Origin: an uncultured archaeon
GTDB taxonomy: Archaea > Iainarchaeota > Iainarchaeia > Iainarchaeales > CSSED10-239
Length of the DNA stretch: 13,362 nt
Assembly: GCA_964468895.1 (NCBI GenBank)
Contig: CAYXWT010000012.1
Location: forward strand, 3,939 to 17,300
Direction of reading: 5' to 3'
Within the stretch, counting starts at the first letter, position 1; every line of letters begins with the position of its first letter. Made by a program: the position numbers and the translations under genes. A model generated the notes under the pieces. That model did no database searches. It saw only the letters and a list, made by a program, of their open reading frames with translations, and was not told the origin of the DNA. This document shows, in pieces, positions 13,287-13,362 of the stretch.

Positions 13287-13362
13287 ATGACTTTTAAAAC
13301 AAATATGTTTGTAGTTACAGTATTATTTATTTTTATATTATCTTTAAATAATGTTTTTGCAA
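13287..13362 (+). CDS. Partial (N-terminal) secreted protein running off the right window edge; not in the ORF track
   Basis: The ATG at 13287 opens MTFKTNMFVVTVLFIFILSLNNVFA..., a classic n-region, h-region and small-residue c-region signal peptide, open to the end of the window. TTTAAATA at 13240-13247 is a possible TATA box. Only 25 codons are visible. Confidence 0.4.
   Translation, partial: MTFKTNMFVVTVLFIFILSLNNVFA

Noticed and set aside
10253-13362. tRNA-Asp as an integration site, with the downstream secreted-protein genes as a genomic island
   Set aside because: There is no integrase or recombinase. No direct repeat of the GC-rich tRNA 3' end appears anywhere downstream; it would be conspicuous in this DNA. 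I saw no obvious compositional shift by eye.
1-13362. CRISPR arrays, IS elements and terminal inverted repeats
   Set aside because: I saw no regularly spaced direct repeats, no transposase-like ORFs and no long nucleotide-level repeats. The two modules are similar only at the protein-architecture level.
1-13362. Alternative genetic code (TGA=Trp, as in some AT-rich lineages), considered because no ORF ends in TGA
   Set aside because: Trp is encoded by TGG within the ORFs. The ORFs tile the sequence tightly under the standard code with sensible family-length products. Zero TGA stops among 11 genes is unremarkable at this AT content.
1-13362. Recurrent TTTAAATA upstream of several genes as proof of archaeal promoters
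   Set aside because: The motif is expected several times per strand by chance in DNA this AT-rich, and it also occurs inside coding regions. It is kept only as low-confidence annotation where the spacing to a start fits.

Overview
This window is extremely AT-rich by eye and gene-dense. Almost every gene lies on the + strand. The genetic code looks standard: the 11 complete ORFs end in TAA (8) or TAG (3), and Trp is encoded by TGG.

The core is a type IV filament (TFF) assembly locus of the archaeal FlaI / Epd-Tad-like kind.
- An A24 GxGD prepilin/preflagellin peptidase lies at 235-975.
- Two tandem three-gene modules follow, at 1038-5700 and 6142-9537. Each is one FlaI-like ATPase plus two single-domain T2SSF (TadB/TadC-like) membrane platform proteins.
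- A DUF192 gene (5713-6075) separates the modules.
- The module-1 ATPase-like protein has decayed Walker A, Asp-box, Walker B and His-box motifs and a roughly 430-aa Lys/Asn/Ser-rich N-terminal extension.
- The module-2 ATPase has canonical motifs and an N-terminal 12-cysteine ferredoxin-like (4Fe-4S type) domain. I do not know this fusion from characterised TFF ATPases.

Downstream are a DedA-family membrane protein, a GC-rich tRNA-Asp(GUC), a small Tyr-rich secreted protein, a 701-aa secreted protein with a strong GGAGG ribosome-binding site, and the start of another secreted protein. A partial minus-strand CDS that is not in the ORF track runs off the left edge.

I saw no pilin or archaellin with a clear class III signal peptide, no FlaH/FlaX/FlaF/FlaG, no secretin, no CRISPR array, and no transposase or integrase.

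The host is most plausibly a small-genome AT-rich archaeon (DPANN-like). This is inference from protein family flavour and cannot be proven from this window. All functional calls rest on motif recognition by eye, not on database searches.
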